This document shows, piece after piece, positions 19,343 through 29,701 of a stretch of DNA of 42,881 nt (its first letter is position 1; every line of letters begins with the position of its first letter). A model generated the notes under the pieces. It ran no database searches, was not told where the DNA came from, and saw only the letters and a program-made list of their open reading frames with translations. Origin of the DNA: a virus (lineage: Duplodnaviria > Caudoviricetes); IMG/VR virus record IMGVR_UViG_3300009472_000010, positions 1 to 42,881 of that record. One strand, written 5' to 3'. A program made the position numbers and the translations under genes.

Positions 19343-19768
19343 TTATTTCCTACATAGAGCCGTAGCAGATACTTGACTTGAACTATCTATTTGTATCCAG
19401 TACCCATTACCTATTTTACAATATCCCTCAGATAAACCTGTTGAACAACCTGAATTACTATATACATAATCTCCTGTAGTTGGAAAAGCACTACTACCAT
19501 CATGATAGTATGTTTGATTTACTGTTCCAGAACATGCAAGAGCTTCAGTACTTGCTACTGCAGTACTACTATACATCGTACATGTACCTGCAGATGCCCC
19601 ATAAAAATCACTCATCTGAATAGCACCAGATGCAACACCTGCTAAATTTCTAAAACTAGTTTGACCTAAACTAGAATTAGCATTCTGTGCTAAACCAAGT
19701 TCTACGTTAATAGATCTGTTAGTAGATGTACCACCTATAGACATTGTTCCACTACTTGCTAAGGCCAT
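19343..19768 (-). CDS. Putative fibre-tip adhesin
   Basis: MALASSG...INVELG...IQMSDFYG N-terminus typical of adhesins following S74 fibres; Cys-containing C-terminal domain; overlaps the fibre stop. Confidence 0.6.
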   Translation of the reverse strand: MALASSGTMSIGGTSTNRSINVELGLAQNANSSLGQTSFRNLAGVASGAIQMSDFYGASAGTCTMYSSTAVASTEALACSGTVNQTYYHDGSSAFPTTGDYVYSNSGCSTGLSEGYCKIGNGYWIQIDSSSQVSATALCRK

Positions 19769-22700
19769 CTAATTGTAATTTAAGTTCATCTATTTGTTTC
19801 TGTTGGTCTTTTACTGCTTCTATAAGATACCCTACTAGGTTACCGTATGCTACAGATTTCATGCCATCCTCTTTCTCATTAGTCATTACTAATTCAGGTG
19901 CAACTTTTTCTATTTCTTGTGCAATAACACCAGAACCAGCCTTACCATCTTTAGTGTATGAGACACCTCTCATATCTAAAACTTTAGAACCATCTAAAGT
20001 TTCTATATTATCTTTTAATCTTTCATCAGAGAATGCAGTAATATTACCAGTAGCAGTAAAGTTTCCATTATCCGCATCAAAAGTAAATCTTGTTGCATTA
20101 CCACTATTCCCATCTCTTATCTTAAAGTCTTCACCATTGTTTATATCCATAAACATATCAGTGCCACTAAAGAACATTTCTACATCATCACCAGTTCCAA
20201 AACGTAATATATCATTATCAGCTAAATCAATGACTCCTCTAACATTCAGTGTACTGAGAACAGTCCAGTTTGTAACTGAGGTATTATCCCTATTCATAAA
20301 TGGCAAATCTGCCAATGCAAAAGCTCTTGTTTCACCACTACCAGAAGAATCTAAACCAATCATTACTAAATCATCAATTTCTGCTTCTCCACTACCACCA
20401 GGACAATCTGCTATAATACCACTACTACCATAGTCTACATTTAAAGTAACTCCTCCACTACTTCCACCACCTGCTAATCCACTACCGGCAGTTACTCCTG
20501 TAATGTCTCCTACATTAGTTGTATAACCAGCTCCGTTAGTTAATTGATTATTATTAGTAATAGTACAGTTCAATGTTACAGTACCGCTTGTACCACCCCC
20601 ACTCATTCCTGTTCCTGCAGTTACTCCTGTAATATCTCCTAAATTATTAGTAAAAGGAAGATTACTCATAGTTGTTTCAAACACATTACCAACAGAATTT
20701 GCAATAAGTAAAAAATCTCCTGTTCCAACTGGACCAGAAGCAGTTGGTGCTGCTTTTATTATACTATCACTTCCTAAATAATCAACACTAAGAGTAGGTG
20801 TACCTGATGTACCTCCCCCTGATAAACCTGCTCCTGCACTAACACCGACTATATCTCCAGTAGCTCCTAAATTAACAGCTGTTACTCTACCATAATCATC
20901 AAGAGTGATTGTATCAATTTTAGTACTGTTAGATGTAGAGCCGTAACTTCCAGCTCCTGCTCCCCCAGTAGCCATGTTTAACGTAACACTTCCAGATGTC
21001 CCACCACCAGATAAATTTGTACCAGCTACAACAGCTGTAATATCACCTTGTGGAATATTTGGAAAAGAAGCTAAGTTTCCGTCACCTCTTACATACTGTG
21101 CAGAATCTCCTGCCATTGTAATAGCAAGAGTACCTGATGAAGTTACTGCTGAACCTACTTCAAACGCATTTCCTCCATGAGATATACCTACGCTTGTAAC
21201 TGTACCTGTTGTTGAACTTGTACCTGCTCCTATAAAGGCTCTAATAGCAGAAGGACTACTACAGTATCTTGTATAATTGTCTGTACTGTTATTAACCCTA
21301 AAAGCAATTGCTCCAGATATAGTACTTTGATTTGTATAATTAGCTCTAAGCAATCTAACATTAAGATCTGCAGATGAATCTCTATAAGCAATAGTAGAAG
21401 CTGTTGCAGCAGTTGTTGCGTTAGATGTTACTGTAAATGTACTATTGCCACTTTGATTTGCAGTTGCACTCATTGAACCGCTTAATCCATTACCACTTGT
21501 AGCACCATTAATTTGACCATTACCAACAGATGGTATAGAAGATGATGTTATAAATCCAGCATCATTGCTAAATATACTTAACCCTATTTCGTTAGCTGCT
21601 TTTCTACGTTCTGCACCAGAATCTAAAACTATAAATTCATCAGTTCCAACCATAGTTTGAGTCATGTCAACAAGCTCTGATAAATCTAAAGTAATTGTAC
21701 CTGATGTTGTAAATGAACCATCTAATCCAGTTCCAGTTCCTACAGATGTTACAGTTCCTTGTGGATTACTAAATGATGTAGTTAAAGTACCACCATCTTG
21801 TTGTGTAAGTGTTAGTGTTATTGTAGAAGAACCTGAATCACTAAATTCAGTAATCATGTTATCATATGCAGAATTAGATTCCGCAGAACCACCACCACTC
21901 CAAGTAACTGCACCACTAACAGTTAAAGCATTTGATGATGTATTAAATGTCAGACCACTATCACTTGTAATATTTGATGCACTGTTCCATACTGCAATTC
22001 TACCAGATGAACCACTACCTGTTACATTACCAACTTGGGTATTGTCTATCTTTTGCCAAGCATCTGTTACTTGATCAGAGAATACTGCCCAATCTCCAAC
22101 TTTCCAGTCTGTGATGCCATCTAAATTTGTATTACCAGCAACTGAAACTATGTAGTATTCTCCTACTGTTCCTGATCCACCTGTTAATGTTGGTGTGTTT
22201 GTATTTGCGTTCCATACTCCATCATACTTTAAAACTCCTGTTACAGCTGTATCAATAGCTGTTTGAATTTGTGCCCCAGTTGCTAATTTAGTTGATGAAG
22301 AACTTACCGTCCCTGTGTTTGGTGTTAATTGTACAGATGTAGTACCACTCGTAGTTAGTGTGTTTGTATTACCTGAACTAATTAAATTTACTTGTCCTGT
22401 TGCACCTGTTGTTACTGCTGTTACTCTTCCATATGCATCTACTGTAATATTATCTATCTTATTGCTATTTGATGTAGAACCGTAAGTTCCAGAGCCTATA
22501 CCACCAGTTGCCATGTTGATAGTAATTGTTTCATCAATACCTTGATTAGTTGTAAAAGTACCACCAGTAGTTAAATTTGTACCTGCTTCTATAGTTATAG
22601 CTGCATTGTTTACTGTAGGTAAAGATGCAGAAGTTATATAATTAGCAGTGTTAGAAAATATACTGTTACCTATTTCACCTGCAGCTTTTCTACGTTCTGC

Positions 22701-24107
22701 CCCTGAATCTAATACTATAAACTCGTCTGTAGGAGTCATACCCGCTGTCATGTCTGTAAATTCAGATAAATCTAAACTAAGTGAAGTAGCTCCTGCATCT
22801 AAACCAGCACTTAATGTAATTTCAGTTAGATCTAATGAAACAGTAAACGTTGAAGTTCCAGATTGATTAGCTGTAAATGAAGCACTGCCGTCAAGACCTG
22901 TGCTTGTTCCCATGTTAAGTGTTCCATTATTAACTGTAGGTATAGTTGGAAAAGTAGTTAATATACCTTCTCCGTTTATATAATCTGTAGAAGCACCTGT
23001 AAATTCTAAATCAAATGTTCCGCTTGTTGTAATTGTTTGTGTAGATCCTTCACTTATTGTAATAGCATCACCATCAATCATTGTAGTTACACTTGTAACA
23101 GTACCTTGCGGTACACCTGCAACAGCAGTATCAACATATGTTTTTGTAGCTGCATCTTGAGCAGAGGTAGGATTTACTACATCTGTTATTTTACAGTTTA
23201 CATCTAAAGCACTTGCGTTGTTGATTCTTAATATACTATCTGTTGCGTCATCAACTGTAAATAAACTAACATTTGTAGTTCCTTGAAAAACAATCCCTTC
23301 TCCTGGGTCATTAATATTAAGTTGATTAACCCCTGTTATATTATAATTACTACCTGTAATACCGCCATTAGCATTTGTTAATCCATCTATACCTGCATCT
23401 GCACCTATTTTACCACTAAAACTTTTAACTCCAGCTATACTTTGATTACCTGTAGTTCTTACAACTGTACTATCTACTTGAATAGTTCCTGTTGCTGTTA
23501 TTGTACCACCTGTAATACCGTTTGAAGTAGCTATAGAAGTAACACCTGAGCTTGTAACATATCTACCATCTAAATCCACAGTTAAAGATGATAGTCCTCC
23601 ATTTCTAGTTGCTGTTAAAATACCATTATTAGTAGTATTGAAACTTAATCCTGTAACATAATAGTTATCATTATTATCTGTAGAATTTATAGTAATTGTA
23701 TCACCACTTCTAGATGTAGTAGTTCCACCTGTTCCAGTAATAGTTAATGTATCATTATTACTATTTGCTGTAGCTGTACCACTTTGTGTAGCAATATTTT
23801 TATATATAGCTTGGCTTGAACCTTTATCAGAGTTTGTTAAAGTAATAGTACCAGAAGAAGTAACTGTACCACTACCACTTAGTCCTGATGAACCTTGTAC
23901 TGTAACTGAAGTTACTGTACCAAGATTACCTGTAGCACCAATATCATTAAGTATCTGAGCTTTTGTTCTATATTTAAGAACTCCACCATCCCATACCATA
24001 ATACCTGTATAAGTACTATTATCAGCTGTAATACTACTAACTGATAATGTACCAGTTATTTCACTGTTTCCTGTTACAGATAAGCCTGATATAAATTGTA
24101 TAGCCAT
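19752..24107 (-). CDS. Long tail fibre with C-terminal peptidase S74 intramolecular chaperone
   Basis: Gly/Thr/Ser-rich repeats (GTVTSV, GDITGVTAG); FSDERLKDNI...GVIAQE...VAYGNLVGYLIEAVK + coiled coil. Confidence 0.9.
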   Translation of the reverse strand: MAIQFISGLSVTGNSEITGTLSVSSITADNSTYTGIMVWDGGVLKYRTKAQILNDIGATGNLGTVTSVTVQGSSGLSGSGTVTSSGTITLTNSDKGSSQAIYKNIATQSGTATANSNNDTLTITGTGGTTTSRSGDTITINSTDNNDNYYVTGLSFNTTNNGILTATRNGGLSSLTVDLDGRYVTSSGVTSIATSNGITGGTITATGTIQVDSTVVRTTGNQSIAGVKSFSGKIGADAGIDGLTNANGGITGSNYNITGVNQLNINDPGEGIVFQGTTNVSLFTVDDATDSILRINNASALDVNCKITDVVNPTSAQDAATKTYVDTAVAGVPQGTVTSVTTMIDGDAITISEGSTQTITTSGTFDLEFTGASTDYINGEGILTTFPTIPTVNNGTLNMGTSTGLDGSASFTANQSGTSTFTVSLDLTEITLSAGLDAGATSLSLDLSEFTDMTAGMTPTDEFIVLDSGAERRKAAGEIGNSIFSNTANYITSASLPTVNNAAITIEAGTNLTTGGTFTTNQGIDETITINMATGGIGSGTYGSTSNSNKIDNITVDAYGRVTAVTTGATGQVNLISSGNTNTLTTSGTTSVQLTPNTGTVSSSSTKLATGAQIQTAIDTAVTGVLKYDGVWNANTNTPTLTGGSGTVGEYYIVSVAGNTNLDGITDWKVGDWAVFSDQVTDAWQKIDNTQVGNVTGSGSSGRIAVWNSASNITSDSGLTFNTSSNALTVSGAVTWSGGGSAESNSAYDNMITEFSDSGSSTITLTLTQQDGGTLTTSFSNPQGTVTSVGTGTGLDGSFTTSGTITLDLSELVDMTQTMVGTDEFIVLDSGAERRKAANEIGLSIFSNDAGFITSSSIPSVGNGQINGATSGNGLSGSMSATANQSGNSTFTVTSNATTAATASTIAYRDSSADLNVRLLRANYTNQSTISGAIAFRVNNSTDNYTRYCSSPSAIRAFIGAGTSSTTGTVTSVGISHGGNAFEVGSAVTSSGTLAITMAGDSAQYVRGDGNLASFPNIPQGDITAVVAGTNLSGGGTSGSVTLNMATGGAGAGSYGSTSNSTKIDTITLDDYGRVTAVNLGATGDIVGVSAGAGLSGGGTSGTPTLSVDYLGSDSIIKAAPTASGPVGTGDFLLIANSVGNVFETTMSNLPFTNNLGDITGVTAGTGMSGGGTSGTVTLNCTITNNNQLTNGAGYTTNVGDITGVTAGSGLAGGGSSGGVTLNVDYGSSGIIADCPGGSGEAEIDDLVMIGLDSSGSGETRAFALADLPFMNRDNTSVTNWTVLSTLNVRGVIDLADNDILRFGTGDDVEMFFSGTDMFMDINNGEDFKIRDGNSGNATRFTFDADNGNFTATGNITAFSDERLKDNIETLDGSKVLDMRGVSYTKDGKAGSGVIAQEIEKVAPELVMTNEKEDGMKSVAYGNLVGYLIEAVKDQQKQIDELKLQLDGLSK
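21560..22780 (-). repeat. Internal duplication in fibre (LDLSE..DMT...TDEFIVLDSGAERRKAA.EIG.SIFSN), copies at ~21560-21690 and ~22645-22780
   Basis: Near-identical peptide with detectable DNA similarity (ctacgttctgc.cc.gaatctaa.actataaa). Confidence 0.85.
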
Positions 24108-24136
24108 GTTCTTTTTTTTGCTAAGATACTAAATTT

Positions 24137-24180
24137 AAAAAAAAGGGAAAAGCTTAAATTGATATATCTAAGCTTTCCCC
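24137..24180 (-). terminator. Intrinsic terminator between the two fibre genes
   Basis: GGGGAAAGCTTAGAT / ATTTAAGCTTTTCCC stem + T8. Confidence 0.85.
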
Positions 24181-24196
24181 AATTTAATAATTGTTA

Positions 24197-26620
24197 TTAT
24201 ACTACCTTCATTATTATAAATTTCAGGCTATTTGCAGTAATATTATTTGTCCAACTAAAATCAACATTACCACTAGTAGTGTTATATTCTGTTTGAACTT
24301 TTACTTCAAAACCACCTGCATTGTATACTTGCGTAATAAATGGTCCTGTACCCAACCCGTGTGTTCCTGCTGTTACTGTAAAAGAACTAGTTGCCGTTGC
24401 TGGTCCACTAGCCACATAAGTTCTTTTTTCAAGATGAACTTTTAAAGTAGCTGGTGATACAAACAACTGTTGTCCTGCTGTACCCGCATCTACTTCTGAT
24501 TGAGTTGCTGTTTCAGCTACACCTCGTGCACCATAAGTTGAATCAGGTAACGTTCTTGTAGAATTAGCTGTAATAACACCATCAGTCATTGTTAATGTAT
24601 CAATTACATCAACACCTGAAGTATCTATATCTGAGTCAGTACCAATAATTTTATTAAATGTACTTGCTAACTGAGCATCACTAATACCACCTGCTTTAAT
24701 TGTAATAAAACCATTAACTGTTCCAGCAAAAGAAGCATTACTAAATCCAGCAACACCTTTTTCAGTTGCCCCATCTGTTGCACCTACACCAGCAATATTT
24801 TGATCTTGAATTACTACCGTATAGTCACTTAATGAAGGTGAAGAACTTCCTGCTATATCTGAATTTGCAAATATTAAGTCTCCTACTTCAAGTGATTCTG
24901 TAAAGAAGGTTCCGTCTTGTGTTACAACATAAAAGTCACCTTGTGTTAATGCCACATTGTTTGCTCCTGTTAATACAGGATTGTTTGTTGATGCATTATA
25001 TCCACCTTGGAATACACCTACTCCAGCTACTGCAGATTGCATTTGTGCTAAATTAACAGCATCTGTTCCAGCTGTACCAGTTGCAAGGCCAGTAATTTTA
25101 TTATTTCCTAACGCTATATTATTATTTGGTACACCTAATACGTCAAGTGGTATATCAACTATAGCAGCCTTTTTAACAGCTCCTGCTGCACTATCATCAC
25201 CAATTAAAATTAGATCATCTGCCTCTGCAAAGCCTGACATTCCACCAGCATCACCAATAATACCTGTTGCAGAATAATCTACTGCAAGTGATCCTGTACT
25301 TGTTATAGTACCACCTGTAAGACCTAAACCACTTCCTACACTTGTTACACCATCTACTGGTAAAGTAGCAAGTGTTAAGTTACCTAAGATTACTTGTGAG
25401 GCAGTACCTGCTCCAGCAATGTTTATATTTCCATCTGCTATAAGAGGTGAATTTGTAATTGTAAGAGCATTACCAGTTTCTGTAATACCAACACTTGTTA
25501 ATCCTGTGTTTGTATCTGTAGCCCATGCTGGAAGACCATTACTATCTACTTTTAATACTTTACCTGTTGATCCTATAGCTATTTTAGCTAATGTTGATGT
25601 ACCAGAAGCATATAGTAAGTCTCCTGCTGTATAACTAGTTAATCCAGTACCACCATTATCTACGTCTAATGTACCTGACATTGTCATAGTACCACTAGAA
25701 GTAATTGGAGAGTTATTAAAGGACATTCCAGTACTACCACCACTTACACCTACTGAAGTTACAGAACCTGCACCCGCATTAATATAAGTTGCTACTTGAG
25801 ATAAGTTTGCAAATTTAGCATTGCTATCTGAAGCATCAGAAAATATTACTTTATCAGTTCCTGCTAATGTAACAGATGTTCCATCTGCTGCCGCTAATAC
25901 AACGTTATCTGTACCTGCATAATCTACTGCTAATGTTCCTGAAGAAACAATTGTACCACCTGTTAAACCAGCTCCAGTTCCTATAGAAGTAACTGTACCG
26001 TCTTTACCAAAACCAGGCATATTAGAAATAAGTGATTTTCTTAATGTATTACTATCACTTACATCTGAGAACCAAACATAATCAGTTCCTACTGGATCTG
26101 CAGCAGTTAATACTTCAATTGCATTATCTGTACCTACAGTATCAATATTAACTGTTGGTGTTGTAGAAGGAGAACCTGTAATTGTTATACCAGTTCCTCC
26201 TGTTAAAGAAGTAACTGTACCAACATTATTTGTAGCATTTGTTGTAACTGTAAGAGTATTTGATGATCTGGTTACGGTTAAGGATGCTGATGCTGTACCA
26301 TTACCTTGTATTATTACATTATCAGCTACACCATCGTTATCTATTAATTGGATGCCTGCTGTTCCATTAGCACCACCTACACCAAATAGTTCATAAGTTG
26401 TATTAGAATCTGATCCAGTTGTAAAATCTACCCATGCTCCATTTGCACGGAGTCTCATTTTGTCTGTGCTAGAATTGTAATAAATCTGACCATCTCCTAG
26501 CAAGCTAGCACCAGTTGGATCTGCAGTTTCATTTTGAATTCTGGCGTTCTTGAACGTACCCTGGTTGATAAGCGTGATATGCCCATCAACTTGAATACCT
26601 GCTAAAAATTGTATTGCCAT
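24197..26620 (-). CDS. Tail fibre protein, paralogous to 19752..24107
   Basis: Same MAIQF N-terminus, GTVTS/TLAVDY repeats, GTDAVNLAQ motif, C-terminal THGLG domain. Confidence 0.8.
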   Translation of the reverse strand: MAIQFLAGIQVDGHITLINQGTFKNARIQNETADPTGASLLGDGQIYYNSSTDKMRLRANGAWVDFTTGSDSNTTYELFGVGGANGTAGIQLIDNDGVADNVIIQGNGTASASLTVTRSSNTLTVTTNATNNVGTVTSLTGGTGITITGSPSTTPTVNIDTVGTDNAIEVLTAADPVGTDYVWFSDVSDSNTLRKSLISNMPGFGKDGTVTSIGTGAGLTGGTIVSSGTLAVDYAGTDNVVLAAADGTSVTLAGTDKVIFSDASDSNAKFANLSQVATYINAGAGSVTSVGVSGGSTGMSFNNSPITSSGTMTMSGTLDVDNGGTGLTSYTAGDLLYASGTSTLAKIAIGSTGKVLKVDSNGLPAWATDTNTGLTSVGITETGNALTITNSPLIADGNINIAGAGTASQVILGNLTLATLPVDGVTSVGSGLGLTGGTITSTGSLAVDYSATGIIGDAGGMSGFAEADDLILIGDDSAAGAVKKAAIVDIPLDVLGVPNNNIALGNNKITGLATGTAGTDAVNLAQMQSAVAGVGVFQGGYNASTNNPVLTGANNVALTQGDFYVVTQDGTFFTESLEVGDLIFANSDIAGSSSPSLSDYTVVIQDQNIAGVGATDGATEKGVAGFSNASFAGTVNGFITIKAGGISDAQLASTFNKIIGTDSDIDTSGVDVIDTLTMTDGVITANSTRTLPDSTYGARGVAETATQSEVDAGTAGQQLFVSPATLKVHLEKRTYVASGPATATSSFTVTAGTHGLGTGPFITQVYNAGGFEVKVQTEYNTTSGNVDFSWTNNITANSLKFIIMKVV

Positions 26621-26665
26621 TTTATTTATTTTTAATTGTTATTATTATTGTTTAATTGTTATTTT

Positions 26666-27205
26666 TTAATTTAAAAAAGCACACCCTGCAAATGAATTAC
26701 TAAATGATACTCTTATTTGGTTAGTAGATAAATAATCTATATCACCTATCACTACATTATTATCTAAGTCAGCTATTGTTACTGATGGATACTCCCCTAA
26801 ATTATGTGTTATTGTCCATACCGCAGCAGCTATCTCAAAACACTGTACAAACGTTGCTTCATTTGCAAGTATATCTGCTAAATCTAATACTGTACATACA
26901 TTAGTAGGAACAGCCGGACAAGATACACTTGCCTTTACATTTATTTTTGCCAATGGCTCAACAAATACACCTTTATCTTCTGTTGCAACAACAACCTTAT
27001 CTGATTTTTTATCTAACCAATCACATAATTCTTTTTGTAATACTGCATTAGCAAAATCAGTATAACAACATGCTTCAATACCAAACTTAACTTCTTTAAA
27101 GTTTGCATATGCTTGGTTAGCAAAAGTCTGTTCTACTCTTATTCTTTTTTCAAGAGCCACATGCTTTACTTGATTTGCATTTGATATTTCTCTAGGTTTA
27201 CCCAT
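26666..27205 (-). CDS. Virion protein, possible fibre hub/connector with C-terminal WTITHNLG domain
   Basis: WTITHNLGEYPSVTI...GDIDY...FAGCAFLN is a common fibre-associated module. Confidence 0.55.
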   Translation of the reverse strand: MGKPREISNANQVKHVALEKRIRVEQTFANQAYANFKEVKFGIEACCYTDFANAVLQKELCDWLDKKSDKVVVATEDKGVFVEPLAKINVKASVSCPAVPTNVCTVLDLADILANEATFVQCFEIAAAVWTITHNLGEYPSVTIADLDNNVVIGDIDYLSTNQIRVSFSNSFAGCAFLN

Positions 27206-27386
27206 TTTTTAAATTCACTATTTGTTGTTTAGCAAGTTCTAAAGATAAATTTCTACTACCCTCTGTAGCTTGTTGTTTAGCTTTAGATGAGTTTTTACAT
27301 CCTTTGCAAATTACATTTCCATTTTCATCATGTGTCTTTTGACATCCACACGTAAATTTTTTTCCACATACTGAACAGTTATTCAT
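27198..27386 (-). CDS. Small Cys-rich, probably Zn-binding protein
   Basis: CSVC...CGC...CKGC; AAAACCAA leader; overlaps the next gene start. Confidence 0.6.
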   Translation of the reverse strand: MNNCSVCGKKFTCGCQKTHDENGNVICKGCKNSSKAKQQATEGSRNLSLELAKQQIVNLKNG

Positions 27387-27398
27387 AATTCTTTGGTT

Positions 27399-27980
27399 TT
27401 ATACGTAATACATTCCTCTCTTTGCTGATCCACAATTTCCAGTTGGACAAGTAATCTTATTTAATCTGGCTTTTGCATAATTATATATTTGCATAGCTTG
27501 AGTTGTAGATTGACAATATTCTGCATTTGAAACGGCAGCATCAATCATTGTTTTTATATAACTCATTTCAGCTAATAATTCTTGTTTCTCAGAATCAGGT
27601 TGACAGGGTTGTACATCTAGATCACACAATACTTCATAGTATTGTCCAAGTAATTGTGTAACTCTTAGATGATTGTATTCTACGTATACCTTTGAATTAG
27701 GTGATACACTGTATCTTATGATATATATACCATCAGGTATATTTTCTTGTTTTGTACCACAATCCGTGGTTTGCAAAGCAAGTGTACATGCCGTTAAACA
27801 CATGTCAAAATCTTTATCAACCTTAATTAAAACAGGTACAGAATAGCCAGGTAAAGTAATTAATAACTCTTCACAATCAACTGCTAAATCCTTTGAATAT
27901 TGACTTGTATCTTTTATGCAAAGTAAATTACAGTTAGATACTGTAGGTATTTCTAAACTTAATATATGTCTGTCTGCCAT
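27399..27980 (-). CDS. Putative tail hub protein
   Basis: IKDTSQY...L.ITLPG...IPDGIYIIRYSVSP; position after the gene-73-like gene as in crAss-like phages. Confidence 0.55.
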   Translation of the reverse strand: MADRHILSLEIPTVSNCNLLCIKDTSQYSKDLAVDCEELLITLPGYSVPVLIKVDKDFDMCLTACTLALQTTDCGTKQENIPDGIYIIRYSVSPNSKVYVEYNHLRVTQLLGQYYEVLCDLDVQPCQPDSEKQELLAEMSYIKTMIDAAVSNAEYCQSTTQAMQIYNYAKARLNKITCPTGNCGSAKRGMYYV

Positions 27981-28004
27981 TTTGTATTCTATTAATAAAT
28001 GATA

Positions 28005-28024
28005 CTATATAGATAATATACAAA
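28005..28024 (-). promoter_or_regulatory. Promoter-like motif TTTGTATATTATCTATATAG
   Basis: Recurring motif, just downstream of a terminator. Confidence 0.6.
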
Positions 28025-28039
28025 AAAAATAGAACATAT

Positions 28040-28075
28040 AAAAAATAAAAGAGCAGGAGATTTCTCCCCTGCTCT
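28040..28075 (-). terminator. Intrinsic terminator
   Basis: AGAGCAGGGGA-GAAA-TCTCCTGCTCT + TTTATTTTTT. Confidence 0.85.
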
Positions 28076-28101
28076 AATATCTTGGTTGATAATTTTAATT
28101 A

Positions 28102-29574
28102 TTACCAAACAGCATTTTGCTCAATAGGTAAGTTATTCCCATTGTCTTTAGCCCATGCTTGTAATCCTTCAAGGAAATCCTCCATAGCATTTTGTGCTGC
28201 TGTATCACTACATTTAACATAGATCTTATACTGATACTGGTCATTATCAAACACTCCTGATGGATTGTTGAATCTTGGCACAGAATGTTGTACGTAATAA
28301 GCTCTGTATGTTGATGTTCTATCAACTGCAGCTAAAAGCTCATCAGATAATTCAATCTCTCTGATTCTAGCACTATCAGCATTTCCTTGGTTATAAGGAG
28401 ACTGACGGTATCTCTCAGACATAATTAATTCTCTAATTACTTCTTCACCTTGTGTTTGTTGCATTGAACCTGGTGTAGCTGAAGCAACACCACAGTCATT
28501 ACATGGATTACCTGTTTCATCTAATAAAGATACAATGATCTCTACAGGCTCAGCATTGAAATGATCTCTAGTGTCAAAAGAACAGTTACCAAATACAGTG
28601 TCAACGTATGCACCTTTGAATTCTACACATGCAGAAACCTTAGTAGCTCCGTTTGGATCTGTTGAAGCAACATATGTTCCATCAACTACTTCAGCAATAC
28701 TATAAACTGCTTGAGTAGATACGCCACCTGTAGTAGTTGTTACAATAACACCACCTTCAGAAACTGAATCTACTAAAATAGCACCATCTGTACCACCAGC
28801 TACAACTAATACATCTCCAACTGCATAACCTGATCCTGCAGTAGCAATAGAGTAAGTAGCAATAGCATCACTAACACCTAAACTTACAATGTTAATAGTT
28901 GCACCTGAACCTGTAGAACTACCAGAAGTAGCTTGAGTTGATACTGTATAACCATTACCACCAGCTGATAATGTACTAGCATCAACACCGTCTACATCAG
29001 CTTCAGCAACAAATGGTTTGATAAGTGGATCACCTAAAGCCATTTTAGCCATATTAGCAATGATTAAAGCCGGGTCAATATATTCTTGCCCTTCAACACA
29101 ACATACATTTGCTGAGTCAGCAATTGCATATGCATTGTGATTTAAAAATCTAAGTGCAGGAGAACCTTTTACATCAATTCTCATAAACTGTGTTTTACCA
29201 CAAGGAGCACAATCAGATGCTAAACATAATTTAGCAGTTGCTTGTGATGCAGTAAGACAGTTTGCTGCCCACATTCTAGTAAGATATCTTGGGTTAATCC
29301 CTTTAGATTTTACTGATTCTTTGTAACCCCCATGTCCTGGGTTGTTACCAATTGTATCTTTAGTATAAAATGAACCTTGTACAATGTACGCTAGTTCACC
29401 AGCAGTTAATGCAGCTGGAGCAGCAGCACCACCTGGGATAGCAACTGACTTCCAGTCACTTCCACCAACTAATGCTAATTCACCAGCAGCTAAAGCACTA
29501 GTAGCAGTACCTGCTGTTTGCTCTACTGAAGACACAACAAACGTTTTATTAAACGCATGATTAAAATAAGCCAT
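28102..29574 (-). CDS. Conserved crAss structural protein (gene 73-like; possible auxiliary capsid protein) with Gly/Thr-rich insertion
   Basis: KSKGINP, C.PCG.T..MRIDVKGSPALRFLNH; position after MCP, gene 75-like and gene 74-like; own promoter-like motif and terminator suggest high expression. Confidence 0.6.
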   Translation of the reverse strand: MAYFNHAFNKTFVVSSVEQTAGTATSALAAGELALVGGSDWKSVAIPGGAAAPAALTAGELAYIVQGSFYTKDTIGNNPGHGGYKESVKSKGINPRYLTRMWAANCLTASQATAKLCLASDCAPCGKTQFMRIDVKGSPALRFLNHNAYAIADSANVCCVEGQEYIDPALIIANMAKMALGDPLIKPFVAEADVDGVDASTLSAGGNGYTVSTQATSGSSTGSGATINIVSLGVSDAIATYSIATAGSGYAVGDVLVVAGGTDGAILVDSVSEGGVIVTTTTGGVSTQAVYSIAEVVDGTYVASTDPNGATKVSACVEFKGAYVDTVFGNCSFDTRDHFNAEPVEIIVSLLDETGNPCNDCGVASATPGSMQQTQGEEVIRELIMSERYRQSPYNQGNADSARIREIELSDELLAAVDRTSTYRAYYVQHSVPRFNNPSGVFDNDQYQYKIYVKCSDTAAQNAMEDFLEGLQAWAKDNGNNLPIEQNAVW

Positions 29575-29589
29575 AATTTGTTGTTTTGT

Positions 29590-29674
29590 GTGAGGACCAT
29601 TACCCTCACTGGTTATAAAAAAAGATTTAAACAGTTTACTCTGCTTGTAACATCAGTGTTACTATAATAATATA
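29590..29674 (-). promoter_or_regulatory. TATATTA motif followed by a three-hairpin 5' leader
   Basis: TATATTA at 29668-29674; hairpins GTAACA/TGTTAC (29647-29662), AAGCAG/CTGTTT (29629-29646), GTGAGG/CCTCAC (29590-29609). Confidence 0.5.
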
Positions 29675-29701
29675 ATGATTTTCTATCAGATAAACAATAT
29701 A

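Noticed and set aside
19343-26620. DGR or invertible-segment diversification of fibres
   Set aside because: No reverse transcriptase, recombinase or adenine-specific TR/VR pair visible; the repeats are diverged protein modules.
26630-26663. Short direct repeat TTTAATTGTTATT x2
   Set aside because: Low-complexity AT-rich leader with no further support.
28095-28325. 76-aa minus-strand ORF
   Set aside because: Out-of-frame overlap with the 490-aa structural gene; no slippery site identified.
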